Origin: Octopus sinensis
Taxonomy: Eukaryota
Direction: 5' to 3'
DNA length: 64,000 bases
Assembly: GCF_006345805.1 (NCBI RefSeq)
Contig: NC_043001.1
Location: 17,112,001-17,176,000, forward strand
Made by a program: the position numbers and the translations under genes. This document shows positions 47,680-61,137 of the stretch, piece after piece. How positions within the stretch are numbered: position 1 is the first letter of the stretch; each line of letters begins with the position of its first letter. The notes beneath the pieces are model-generated. The model ran no database searches, had not been told where the DNA came from, and worked only from the letters and a program-made list of their open reading frames with translations.

Positions 47680-49162
47680 TATATAAGAAAAAAGGTTTGA
47701 AAATGCAATTTAAACGATGTTTATTTACTTAACCGGTTTCACTCTTTGGTAAAAGATTGTCAAAAGTTACGTTTAAGGAAACATTGAATAATATGGGTTC
47801 AAAAAAAGTTTTTACATAATTGTCACATTGAATATTATGCATTCAAAAAGTTTTTACATAATTGTCACATTGGATATTATGAATTCAAAAATGTTTTTTT
47901 ATACATAATTGTCACATTACATGTATAAATATAGTGTTTGGTAACAGAGAAGTTCAATAGTGTGATGAGAATATTTGGGAAATTTGGCAGAGAAGGATAA
48001 AACAAATATATTATTGGGAATTGGTTGCGTTAATTATTGGTTGTCGCAAATTGTCACATTACATGTATATATATACAATCTTTGGTATATATATAAGCCT
48101 TTTGACAGCAAAAATTAAAATGGATTTTTTATACATCTCAGAATATTTTAAACAAGGCGAGAATATGTTTTTACTGACCTGTCGGTATTAGCAGAAGGCT
48201 GAACTGAGAGAACAGAGGAAGTAGCCAATGTGGTGTATACTTCCCCTTTATGCATGAATGATTTTGGGGTTATCAGGAGGTTAGTATGCGGGTGTGAATA
48301 GATGTGTCCGTGCCTGCTGGTCAGATAGCGTCTGTTTGTCACACACATATATATACACACCACACACACACACAAAAACAACACACACACACACACAATA
48401 GTAAACAAACAACACACACATACAAACAACACACACACACCACAAGAACACACACACCCACACACAACGCACCCACATATATCACATATACACACAGCAC
48501 ACAAATATAATATGTATCTATATATAACACACAGATATATAACACACATACACACACAACACATACACACCACACACAACACACCACAACACACCGCACA
48601 CATACATACAATAATAAAATATCACACAAATACACCTAGCATATATATACACACATACAATACACACATACAGCATGTAAGTAATATACATACACAATAT
48701 ATGCATGCAATATACATACGCAGTACATACATATAATATATATATATATATAGACAATGCATATACATATATACACATATACATATAAATAGTGTTTACA
48801 TACACATACATAGATGTACCACATATACACACAATACACATACATACAATGCATACACATACACGTACGCATACATATAATATATATATACACACACCAC
48901 ACATAACATACATACACAATGCATACATATATATATACACGCAATGCACATACATGTATTCATGCATATATAGCACACCTACAATATACATATATACAAT
49001 GCACACATACACACAGATATATACACTTAATTGTACACATACATATACAATACACATACATACAATATACATATACACAATGCGCATGCAAATAATGTAC
49101 ATGTTTATACACACATAAACAAGCAAATAAATATACACACACACACATACACACACACACAT

Positions 49163-49193
<31 letters not shown>

Positions 49194-49252
49194 CATACAT
49201 ACATACATACATGCACATACATATATTTTTTCACACACATACACTCACATAT
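47680..49252 (-). repeat. Inverted copy of the PLE 3' pseudo-LTR (left arm)
   Basis: Reverse complement of 52357-53931, including unique blocks, with only scattered differences. Confidence 0.92.
47727..47767 (-). ncRNA. Type I hammerhead, U3-A8 variant (left arm copy)
   Basis: ACTT-TTGACAA-TCTTT(TACC)AAAGA-GT-GAAA-CCGG-TT-AAGT; stem II has a 2-nt 3' bulge. Confidence 0.6.
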
Positions 49253-51746
49253 CTGGAACAACCAAAACCTCCTCAACAGACAACATAGCAACGGGGGACA
49301 GAATCACAACAACCAAAACCTCTTCAACAGACATGTCAACGGGGGACAGAATCACAACAACCAAAACCTCTTCAACAGACATGTCAACGGGGGACAGAAT
49401 CACATACAGCAAAATACCGCAAATAAAGAACCCCCAGGATTCCTTTTAGGCAAGGGCATCAGTTTCCACGACACCAGATGGTAGATACCAACCCCGAAAA
49501 ACCAAAAATAGTGAATCTTTCTAACCTAAACCTGTCGACACCACCAAATAAAAATCCTTTCAAGAGGACTAAATCACCCCAACTCCGCAATACCCTAACT
49601 GAGGGAAATACAGGATGACATCTCGCACTTTTGCAGAAAATTACGCCTCACAGAGGAATTTTTTGACAGGAAAACTAATAATAATGACGAATCAATGGTC
49701 TGTAACAAAAGCAACTATAATCCCATAAAAGGCAAAAACAAAACCTTAGACAAATTTTGCGATTACATCTCCAACTCCCTTATGGTGAACTCCCACAACC
49801 TAAACTCAAACCCAACACCAGTAAAAGAGAATGGGAAATCATCCATACGCTACGAGACAATCATGACGTCACAATAAAGGAAGCTGATAAGGGTAGTACG
49901 GTCGTTGTTATGAATACTGAGCAATATAAAAACTCTGTATCTCTCTTTTAGAGGATACCACATACTACGAAAGAGTAGTCGACTACCAGCAATCCAAAAC
50001 AATGACCAATCTGAAGGCACTCATTTACCACACCGGAATGACTTGACAGCAAAGGAATGCAACTACATTACTAATTTAATTGCAAAACCAGCACACTCTA
50101 TGGGCTTCCAAAAATACACAAGAGTCAAATTATCACAGAAGCTTGCAAAAAGTCCACTTCAACCTGCATCACTATACCACATCCCACTGATCTCAAACTG
50201 AGATCAATAGTGGCAGGCCCAAGTTGTGAAACACACAGACTTAGCAACTTTATAGATATCATCTTAAAGCCAATACTGAAACACATTCCAAGTATTGTAA
50301 GAGATGACCTGGACCTATTAAACCATCTCCCCAAACATGCCGATAAAGACACCTTAATCGTTTCTTTTGATGTTATTAATCTTTACACCACAATTCCACA
50401 TGAATTTGGACTGGAAGCCATTAAATTCTGGCTGGATAAATATCCCAATGAGATCCCGGAAAGAATTAAAAAAGAATTCATAATTGAGGGCCTCAAATTT
50501 ATTCTGCAAAACAACTTCATGTATTTCCACAACAACACTTACAGACAGGTCTCAGGAACTGCAATGGGTACGAAAGTTGCACCTACCTATGCAAACCTGG
50601 TGATGGCCTACCTGGAATCACATATCTATGAAAAATCCAAATATAAGTACGGCCAGTCTTTCCACAAATACTGTTGGAGAACTGGAAACGCTACTTAGAT
50701 GATTGCCTTATCCTATGGTCCCACACACTCGACCAACTTATAGACTTCAAAAACCTTATCAACAGTGTAAATAACAACATTCAATTCACAATGGAATATA
50801 GTCAGGACCAACTCCCTTTTCTTGACATCCTAATCATTAAAAAAGGCGTCAACATTGAAACTGACATCCATTACACAACCCACTGACTCTAAACAATACC
50901 TTCTATTCACCTCAATCACCCAAAACACACAAAGACAAATATCCCCTTCAACCTAGCGAGAAGAATCTGCACTATTGTCTCAAATGACACAACACGAAAT
51001 AGAAGACTCCGGGAACTAAGGGCAATTCTTCTCGAAAGACATTACCCGGCATCACTAGTAGACAACGGAATAGAACGGGCCAAATCAATCAACATTCAAG
51101 ACCTTCGAAAACCCAAACACATCCACAGTACAGTCAATAGCCTCCCTTATCTCTCAACACACAACCCAAGGAATGCAGAAGCTTACACTATTATATACAA
51201 CAACATTCCACAACTAAATCAAGACCCACGCCTGAAAAAAATACTGGCAGCTCATAAAATAATAAAAAGTAAGAGACAACCTAAATCCCTAAAAAACCTC
51301 CTAACCAACGCAAAATTACACAACACAAACCCACCGCCCACCATCAAAAAATGCGGTCGCCCCAACTGCAAGACCTGCATCCACCTCATTGAGGGATCGT
51401 CGTACAAGTTCCACTCGGGACACACATTCATCATAAAAAATAATTTCACGTGCGCATCAAAAAAAAATTTACTCTACGTCATAAGGTGTGAAGGATGCCA
51501 CGAAGACTACATGGCAAACGAGCCTACCCTCAGAGACAGAATGACAGTTCACCGACAACAACTGAGGGACCCCTCCACAAGACAGATACCACTAAGTGGA
51601 CACTTAGACCTTTGTGCACACAATAAGTCCCCCAAATTCTTAGTCTTCCCACTATACCAATGCTCGGACAACACCACAGACCAAACACGAATAAATAAGG
51701 AAAGTAATCTTATTCAAAATACAGACCACAACTAAACATACTCTAA
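49253..51746 (+). pseudogene. Penelope-like element ORF (RT + Cys-rich linker + GIY-YIG endonuclease), 5' truncated, frameshifted; Neptune-like
   Basis: IVNLS, IKEADKGSTVVVMN, YGLPKIHK, SFDVINLYTTIPH, GTAMGTKVAPTYANL, RYLDD, LPFLDI, CGRPNCKTC, FTC, YVIRCEGC, LRDRMTVHR. Confidence 0.95.
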
Positions 51747-52418
51747 CATACCCTGGAAACACATCCAGAGCAAGCACACAGGGACGCGCGCACGCTCACA
51801 GCATATCGTGCGGGCGGGCACATGCGCGCATCGGCACGCATAGGACACACTAGCGGGCATTGACCGCACACATACGTGGCATGCACACGCATGCATTATA
51901 TATATGTAGGTGATGTATGTGTGTGAGTGTTGTGTGTGGTGTGTGTGCACGTTGTGTGTGTGTGTGCGGGTGGTGTATATATATAGTGTGTGTGTGTGTG
52001 TGTGCACTGTGTGTGCGTGTGTGTGTATATGTGTGCGTGCGCGCGCGTTTGTGTGGTGTGTGTGTGTGCACGTGTGTATATATGGTTGTGTGTGTGCACT
52101 GTGTGCGGGTGTGGTGTTTGTGTATGGTGTGTGTGTGTGTGTGTGAGCATTGTGTGTACGTATGTATGTATTTACATGGGTATTTGTTTTATTATATATA
52201 TAATATATTATGTGTGTGGTGTTGTGTGTGTATAGCATGGTATGTTGTATATGTTAGTATTGTTTGTGTGTGTGTGCGGCATGTAGAGATATATTTGAGT
52301 GTGTACGCTATAGGTTTGTAATTGTGTGTGTGGGGGGTGTGGGAATTTTATATATATATATGTGTGTGTATGTGTGTGAAAAAATATATGTATATGCATG
52401 TATGTATGTATGTATGTG

Positions 52419-52453
<35 letters not shown>

Positions 52454-53017
52454 GTGTGTGTGTGTATGTGTGTGTGTGTATATTTATTTGCTTGTTTATG
52501 TGTGTATAAACATGTACATTATTTGCATGCGCATTGTGTATATGTATATTGTATGTATGTGTATTGTATATGTATGTGTACAATTAAGTGTATATATGTG
52601 TGTGTATGTGTGCATTGTATATATGTATATTGTAGGTGTGCTATATATGCATGAATACATGTATGTGCATTGCGTGTATATATATATGTATGCATTGTGT
52701 ATGTATGTTATGTGTGTGTGTGTGTATATATATTATATGTATGCGTACGTGTATGTGTATGCATTGTATGTATGTGTATTGTGTATATGTGGTACATCTA
52801 TGTATGTGTATGTAAACACTATTTATATGTTATGTGTATATATGTATATGCATTGTCTATATATATATATATTATATGTATGTACTGCGTATGTATATTG
52901 CATGCATATATTGTGTATGTATATTACTTACATGCTGTATGTGTGTATTGTATGTGTGTATATATATGCTAGGTGTATTTGTGTGATATTTATATTATGT
53001 ATGTATGTGTGCGTGTG

Positions 53018-53050
<33 letters not shown>

Positions 53051-53226
53051 GGTGTGTATGTGTGTTATATCTGTGTATGTTTATATAGATACATATTATA
53101 TTTGTGTGCTGTGTGTGTATATGTGATATATGTGGGTGCGTGTGTGTGGTGTGTGTGTTCTGTGGGTGTGTGTGTTGTTTGTATGTGGTGTGCGTTTGTT
53201 TACTATGGTGTGTGTGTGTGTGTTGT

Positions 53227-53260
<34 letters not shown>

Positions 53261-53923
53261 TGTGTGACAAACAGACGCTATCTGACCAGCAGGCACGGAC
53301 ACATCTATTCACACCCGCATACTAACCTCCTGATAACCCCAAAATCATTCATGCATAAAGGGGAAGTATACATCACATTGGCTACTTCCTCTGTTCTCTC
53401 AGTTCAGCCTTTCTGCTAATACCGACAGGTCAGTAAAAACATATTCTCGCCTTGTACTTAAAATATTCTGAGATGTATAAAAAATCCATTTTAATTTTTG
53501 CTGTCAAAAGGCTGTATATATATACCAAAGATTGTATATATATACATGTAATGTGACAATTTGCGACAACCAATAATTAACGCAACCAATTCCCAATAAT
53601 ATATTTGTTTTGTCCTTCTCTGCCAAATTTTCCCAAATATTCTCATCACACTATTGAACTTCTCTGTTACCAAACACTATATTTATACATGTAATGTGAC
53701 AATTATGTATAAAAAAACATTTTTGAATTCATAATATCCAATGTGACAATTATGTAAAAACTTTTTTGAATGCATAATATTCAATGTGACAATTATGTAA
53801 AAACTTTTTTTGAACCCATATTATTCAATGTTTCCTTAAACGTAACTTTTGACAATCTTTTACCAAAGAGTGAAACCGGTTAAGTAAATAAACATCGTTT
53901 AAATTGCATTTTCAAACCTTTTT

Positions 53924-53931
<8 letters not shown>
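51747..53931 (+). repeat. PLE 3' pseudo-LTR, ~2.2 kb, mostly degenerate (TG/TA) low-complexity sequence plus a unique end
   Basis: Follows the ORF stop; contains three ~40-bp repeats (AATGTGACAATTATGTAAAAA...), a hammerhead and a ~45-nt tail. Confidence 0.85.
53845..53885 (+). ncRNA. Type I hammerhead, U3-A8 variant (sense to the PLE ORF)
   Basis: Identical to 47727-47767 on the opposite strand. Confidence 0.65.
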
Positions 53932-53968
<37 letters not shown>

Positions 53969-54129
53969 TATATACACGTATATATATAGTTACCTGGTTT
54001 CTTTATTCACCACTAATTTGTTTTCAGAAAATTCTGCTCGCCATTTTAAGTCATAAAGCTGAGACTGATGAGATTTGTTCTAAGTTAAAACCTGTGTAAT
54101 TCGCCACTGTATATAAGAAGCTACTCTCA

Positions 54130-54477
54130 GTTAAGTATATACATGCATACATGCATACATACATACATACATACATACATACATACATACATACATACAT
54201 ACATACATACATACAGAGCCGCAGCAAGCTAAGATAGACGCACACATAAGAGCGCATGTGTACATACATACATACAAACATACATACAAACATACATACA
54301 TACATATATACATACATAATACATACAAACATACAAACATAAATACATACATTCATACATACATACATACATACATACATACATACATACATACAAACAT
54401 ACATGCATACATACATACATACATACAACATACATACATACATACAAACATACATACATATATACATACATACATAC

Positions 54478-54543
<66 letters not shown>

Positions 54544-54660
54544 GTACAGATATGTGTGTGCGCGTGTGTGTATGTGCGTATGCATGAGCAAAAAGAAAAG
54601 AGAACAGAGCCGCAGCAAGCTAAGATAGACGCACACATAGGAGCGCATGTGTACATATTT
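54130..54660. repeat. (CATA)n/(TA)n tract with a ~52-bp direct repeat (54214 and 54604)
   Basis: CAGAGCCGCAGCAAGCTAAGATAGACGCACACATA(A/G)GAGCGCATGTGTACATA twice. Confidence 0.9.
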
Positions 54661-55119
54661 ACACAAACACACAGAGACGTATGTGTCCACAAATGAAACT
54701 ACACAAATTCACAAACACAGACAAAGGCTTATAAATATGCATCCGCTTAGACACAGAGAGAACCATCGACAAAAGGCAATTTGTTAAAGATGAAAAAAAT
54801 AAAAACAGAAGTGGAGATTGGAATTAAAATGAAATAAAACGTTCCGAAATCTATAGAAATATAAAGGGAGTGATAGATTTTGTAAGAAAAGAATCAGCTA
54901 CTCTGAATTACATAGAATTCAGTTCTAGAGCAAAATATTTCACTTAGTATAAATTCACGCAAATTAAAGGCATAAATAAATCTTATACATGCAAATAACT
55001 GAGGTTTATAAATACATATTGCATTGAGTCAAAAGTCTGGCAATATCTTACTAACTTATTTGCTTTATTCGTCATGTTACAGCAAAAGTGGTCTAAGCAT
55101 TCAAAGAAGAGGTCATCGA

Positions 55120-55335
55120 GTGACACCGTCTGAAGCCGCCTTTCTTCCAGTTCTTTGATCCGACGTTGCTACCAGTTCTTGGAATTCCAGGCGAAAACTG
55201 CTTCACTGAAGTTTTCCACCTCATCTCAATTGATGAAGTGTTGTGAGTGCTGGAAGTGAGCCTAGTAATTGCTTCGAGGGAGGTAGATCCGGATTATATG
55301 CTGGGTGTGACATCAGTTCGTAGATTTTTGTTCGA
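55120..55335 (-). pseudogene. Mariner transposase C-terminal fragment
   Basis: YELMSHPAYNPDLPPS and downstream RRIKELEER. Confidence 0.65.
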
Positions 55336-55339
55336 AGAT

Positions 55340-56360
55340 TTTTGCGATGGGTCAAACGAAGAAACGGCGTTCTTCCGTGAAATTCAGTTTGCTGGGGAAA
55401 AGGGCGGCCAAAACAGTTCTCATGCTTCAAACAGCTTACAAGGAAGCTGCCATGAGCATAACACAAGTTTACGAGTGATTTTCAAGCTTTAGGAACGGTC
55501 ATTTATCGCTTGAAGACTAACCTTGTTCAGGGCGACCGTCGACCACCCGAACGAATGAAAGCATCATGGAAATTCATGAACTGATCTTAGAGGACCGTGA
55601 CCGAACAACTGACGAACTTGTGGATATGACTGGTGCGTCCTGGAGTTCTGGAGTTCCTGCCATCGAATTTTCAGCGAGGGATTGCCAATGAAAAGAGTTG
55701 CAACAAAATGTGTGCCGCGCTTACTCAGGGAAGATCAAAAGCAGTGACTACTGAATGCATGTGGTGAACTGAAAGAACGGCTGGAAGTTGATCCGGACCT
55801 TTAACCGACGTTCATCAGTGGTGGTGAAAGCTGGTGCTACGGAACTTGTAGATGTAGAAGAGATGAAGGGGGAAAAAAAAACGATCTTAGAGGACCGTCA
55901 CCGAACAACTGACGAAATTGTGGATATGACTAGTGCCATCCTGGAGCTCCTGCCATCGAACTTTCTGCGAAGGATTGCGGATGAAAAGAGTTGCGGCAAA
56001 ACGTGTGACCCGCTATCTCACGGAAGATCAAAAACAGTGATTCCTGAATGCATATCGTGAACTGAAAGACCAGCTTGAAGTTGATCCGGACCTTTTTCCA
56101 ACGTTCATCAGTGGTGGTGAAAGCTGGCGCTACGGAACTTTTAGATGTAGAAGAGATGAAGTAAAAAAAAAACGACGGAGGCGTTAAAAGGCATCACCTC
56201 GCAAGAGATCCAGCACTGCTTCGAACAGTGGAAAACGCGTCTGCACAGACACATTGCTTCAAACGGAGAATATTTTGAACGCGATAAAAGTGTAAACATG
56301 TGAAACTAAGTGAATAAAATAACACTGCAAAATTCCGGTTTCCTTGGGTACTCTTTCCTA
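55340..56360 (+). mobile_element. Decayed irritans-like mariner with an internal ~300-bp tandem duplication
   Basis: KTVLMLQTAYKEAAMS...SGRPSTTRTNE...KRVATKCVPRLL...ISGGESWCYG; segment 55585-55880 repeated at 55885-56165; ends CFEQWKTRLHRHIASNGEYFE plus a TIR-like end. Confidence 0.85.
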
Positions 56361-56553
56361 TGTCTTGATCTAGTTCGTCCAGTTTGTCCGAAAGGACATA
56401 CATGTATGTATGCACAGTAACAATCCTCAGCTTTACGTTGCAAGTTATTACTGTATTTTAAAAATCTAACTGTAATAGTTATCTCAAGAATTTACGCTTC
56501 AAACTTTTCCATTTCGTTCATCTTCGATAAGCGCAATTACTTTTTATACCACA

Positions 56554-57036
56554 CTAGCAGTATCGCCCGGCGTTGCTCGGGTTTGTAAGGGAAATAACTA
56601 TATAAGCATTTTTAGAGAGTTATAGCCAAAAAATAGCAAAAAAATGCATTAAAAATGGAAAAAAAAATTATGGTAAATTTTTTTTTAAATCGTTGACTCA
56701 TCGTAGACATTTTTAGAGAGTTATAGCCAAAAAATAGCAAAAAAATGCATTAAAAATGGAAAAAAAAATTATGGTAAATTTTTTTTTTAAATCGTTGACT
56801 CATCGTAGACATTTTTAGAGAGTTACTTCCCTTATATAATATCGAAAAAATGCATCAAAATGGAAAAAAATGATGGTAAATTATTTTTAAAATCGTAGAC
56901 TCATCGTAGACGCGCGCTAATACCCAGAAGGGCTCGATATGAATCACGACTATAAGATACCCGCTTTTGGTTAAACTGCACCGCAAAATCTAAATCGTAG
57001 GAGACAGACACACAACTTCACTTTTATATATAAAGA
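56554..57036 (-). mobile_element. Non-autonomous Helitron (same family as 35228-35623)
   Basis: TC...hairpin-CTAG termini in an A|T site; one extra internal repeat unit. Confidence 0.88.
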
Positions 57037-57387
57037 TATATCTTTTACTGTAGTCACATCACTGTTCTTGCGAAGATTTCCCTTGCGAAGATTTCCCTTG
57101 CGAAGCACCCTGTTGATGTTTTCTACTTTACTGAATAGTTAGCTGTGTCATATAGACTCTGCGTTCAGTAGTTATAAAGATATTGTTCATAGGCCTACAG
57201 AAGTGTGTGTAAGTTTCGTATTCAAATCTTCCTCTTTATTCTTAGAGAGCACTGGACACTTGACAGCGATATTTAGGCGGTAATGTGTTTGTAAGTATGC
57301 ACACACATACACACACGCACGCTCACACATACACAAACACGAACACAAATAAATAGATAGATACAGACACATGATATATATATATAT

Positions 57388-57552
57388 TTAATAAATGCGC
57401 CCTTTTAAAGCCTAGCCAGGCTCATGGGCCCGGTTTCCCGGTTTCCTTGGCATATGTGTTCCCCAGCTGGATGGGACGCCAGTCCATCGCAGCGTTACTC
57501 ATTTTTGCCAGCTGAGTGGACTGGAGCAAAGTGAAATGAAGTGTTTTGCTCA
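57388..57552 (-). mobile_element. SINE D 3' part
   Basis: Reverse complement of the 31210-31471 tail. Confidence 0.85.
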
Positions 57553-57559
57553 ATGTATA

Positions 57560-58487
57560 TGGAAAAGTGTCAAGGCATAAAATGCTAAAATAATTTTATA
57601 AACAACTCTTCAGTACCGGTTTCAGTCATTGAAACTTTTTCAACTGTAAGTATGGAAAACAATTAAGTTTTGGAAAAATTAAAAGAAAAGTTTTTTAAAA
57701 GAATATTTGCATAGTATTCAAATACAAGGGGCATTTTCCTTGTTTCTCCCTGTCCCTGTCTCTCTTGTTTACTCCTGTGGGTTCGAGGTCGTTGTGAATT
57801 CTTGGCAGGAAAGAAGAAGAATGCCGGAATGCCATGATATTACAAAATACAGACCCCTTTTCAACGCATCTACAACAAAATACAGACCTCTTTTGAAAGC
57901 ACCCACTACGGCCTTAGAATAACACAAACACACACGGAAATATTAAAAATGATACACTCAAGAGATTTCCAAGAACTCATTAAAAAACAGTCCCAATCGC
58001 TGCTATAATCCATAACGAACCACTTTTAGGTCACTTAACCATTTAACATCCAACTACTATCATACCACCTCCATTTCCTTCTTATTCTCCCTTCGCTTTT
58101 TCCTTTTTATTCGTCTTCTTCCTCTTCGCTACCTCCTTCCTAACTTTACCAGTATTGCTGTTTAGAATAACACCTACGCAAATTTTATAAACAATATATT
58201 AAAAAGAGAGGTCTCAAGAATTCAATCACTACTACCATCCACAACAAGTCACTTTCAGGGCACTTGGCCATTTAATATCCTACTACTATCATTGCACTCC
58301 CGCATTCTTATTCTTCGCCTCCTCCTCCTTCTTATTTTTCTTCTGCTTCTTCTCCTTCTTTTTCTTCTCCTTCTTCTTCCTTGCCAAGAATTCACAACGA
58401 CCTCGAACCCACGAGAGTAGACAAGAGAGACAGAGACAGGCAGAAACAACGAAAATACCGCTTGTATTTGAATACTATGCAAATATT
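57560..58487. mobile_element. PLE-type terminal repeat with inverted partial copy (arms 57702-57820 and 58371-58487)
   Basis: 57570-57770 is homologous to 20255-20450; arms are reverse complements. Confidence 0.75.
57611..57646 (-). ncRNA. Type I hammerhead, U3-A8 variant
   Basis: CAG-TTGAAAA-AGTT(TCAAT)GACT-GAAA-CCGG-TA-CTG. Confidence 0.75.
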
Positions 58488-58713
58488 GTTTTAATAAAAT
58501 CTTTTCTTTATAACGACAAATACGTACTCAGAACAGTAAATACGGATGTTCCACCAATTATGCATACATTCACAAGCGAATGACTGAATACACAACGTCT
58601 TATCATAGTCACACATGGATAAACTCACTGCACCTATTGCACCGACATCTGTAGACGCCAGTCCTAAACATATTAAAGGCTGCATCTGATGTTATTTTAT
58701 ATATATATATATA

Positions 58714-59053
58714 CTAGCACTATGACCTGGCGCTGTCGGTCTAGTTCTAGTGCTTGTTGTTGTTACCGGGTCGCAGTAAAAATTTCTCACTAAATCAAGA
58801 GCTAAGTTTCTTATCACAATTCAGCCCGGGCCAGTTTTGTTGTTTATGAGCTAGTTGGGGCTTTTTATGAGAGTAATTAATATTCCCATATGCCCATAAG
58901 GGGTCGGTTTATCGATTATTTTAAAGGCTTCCTGGTGTGACGACCACCCTCAGACACTTTTGAAAGCCCATAGAAAATGCGAGTCTTTTACGTGAAAAAC
59001 TGTGGATTTGTATAAACACACAGATACACAGACATTTTGCCGTTTATATATAT
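58714..59053 (-). mobile_element. Non-autonomous Helitron, second family
   Basis: Minus-strand 3' hairpin GACCGACAGCGCCAGGTC then CTAG|T; 5' TATATATAAACGGCAAAATGTCTGTG. Confidence 0.65.
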
Positions 59054-59223
59054 AAATATATATATATGTATATATATATATACACAGTAAAAAATGGAGG
59101 AATTTTGATTATCCCCACGTGCAGAGTTGTAATGTAAAAGATATACATATAAAATAAAAGAAGGAAAATGCACGCATTTTACATGGTTTTAAATTTTTGT
59201 TTAATGTATTTCACATTGTATTT

Positions 59224-59254
59224 GTCAACCGGTTTCGCTTTCACTAATCATGGC
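59224..59254 (-). ncRNA. Type I hammerhead, A3-U8 variant (stem I mismatch)
   Basis: GCC-ATGATTA-GT(GAAA)GC-GAAA-CCGG-TT-GAC. Confidence 0.55.
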
Positions 59255-59735
59255 GTTAAAATTATTGTAATTTCGTATTTTCTTAAGAAGATTTTAATTC
59301 ATGTTGTGTATAGAGAAGTTTGTGCACGAATGATACAACAAGTAGAAAAATCCAATGGGGTGTAACTGGTGATCGTTATTATTGCGGACGGTGGGGGAGG
59401 TAATTGCTCATCTTTCGGAGAGGGGATAAATAAATATATGTACATAAAAACCCAAAAGCTAAAGTAGTCGGATGAAATATGTACAGTGATGGCTGTGTAA
59501 TCATGAGTTAAACTATATACTGAAATCAAAGTTGGCTATAAGTTCATATTTATATGTGTTCCGTATTTTTCGATGACGAAATTTTCTTTATTTAGACGTT
59601 CTTGTATAGAAATTGTTTCTTTGCACTGGTAGATGAGGAAAACTGTGAAGTTTGGTTGCATATTGCCTGCATATCTCTAGAAATGTGCAGGGAATATCAA
59701 ATATCGTGATTAGCGAAATGCAGGTGATATATCAA

Positions 59736-59768
59736 TGTCATGATTAACGAAAGCAAAACCGGTTGACA
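59736..59768 (+). ncRNA. Type I hammerhead, A3-U8 variant (G12 and 10.1 mutated)
   Basis: TGTC-ATGATTA-AC(GAAA)GC-AAAA-CCGG-TT-GACA; homologous to 59224-59254 in inverted orientation. Confidence 0.5.
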
Positions 59769-59834
59769 CACACAATATGAAAAATATTAAAAAATATATG
59801 TGTGTGAATCTTCCTTCTTTTATTTTATACATAT

Positions 59835-59918
<84 letters not shown>

Positions 59919-60454
59919 AGAAGGTTTGAAGATGATGTACAGGTATTATATATTAGAAGAAATGAGGTACTCAAAAATCTGGATGGTTTTATATTTACAG
60001 ATTTATATTAGTATGTTACAGTGGTATATATGTCAGCACAATTATTTCTTCTTTCTCTCTTTCTTCTTTCTTCCCTTCTCCAGCGACACCCCTTCCAGAT
60101 ACACAGGCACACACACACGCCCACATACACACACACACACACTCTCTCTCAAAAGACAATGATAAAAGGAAATCTAGACAATTTTTTGAAAAGTGACATT
60201 TTGCACCCCTTGGAGTGACCAGCTGGGTTTGCCATTTCTAAAAGCCAAGAATCACTTACTATTTAAAGACTGACCATCTGCAAAGATATCAACAAACTTT
60301 TTCTTCTTTCTCTCCTTCTTCCTTTCCTTCTCTTTTTGTTTAACACTTCTTTCAGATACGAACACACACACGCGCTCCCTCTCTCACTTTCTCCCCATTC
60401 CTCACCCTCTTGTACTATCTTATATCTCTCCCCACCCCTACACACTCATTTCTT

Positions 60455-61045
<591 letters not shown>

Positions 61046-61137
61046 AATGCGCTTTTTCTCGAGAAATTTCATCTCGAAAGGTGAAACTTTTCTTGGTATC
61101 AACATCTGTTGTGCTGTGGTTTATTCTACCATGTAAA

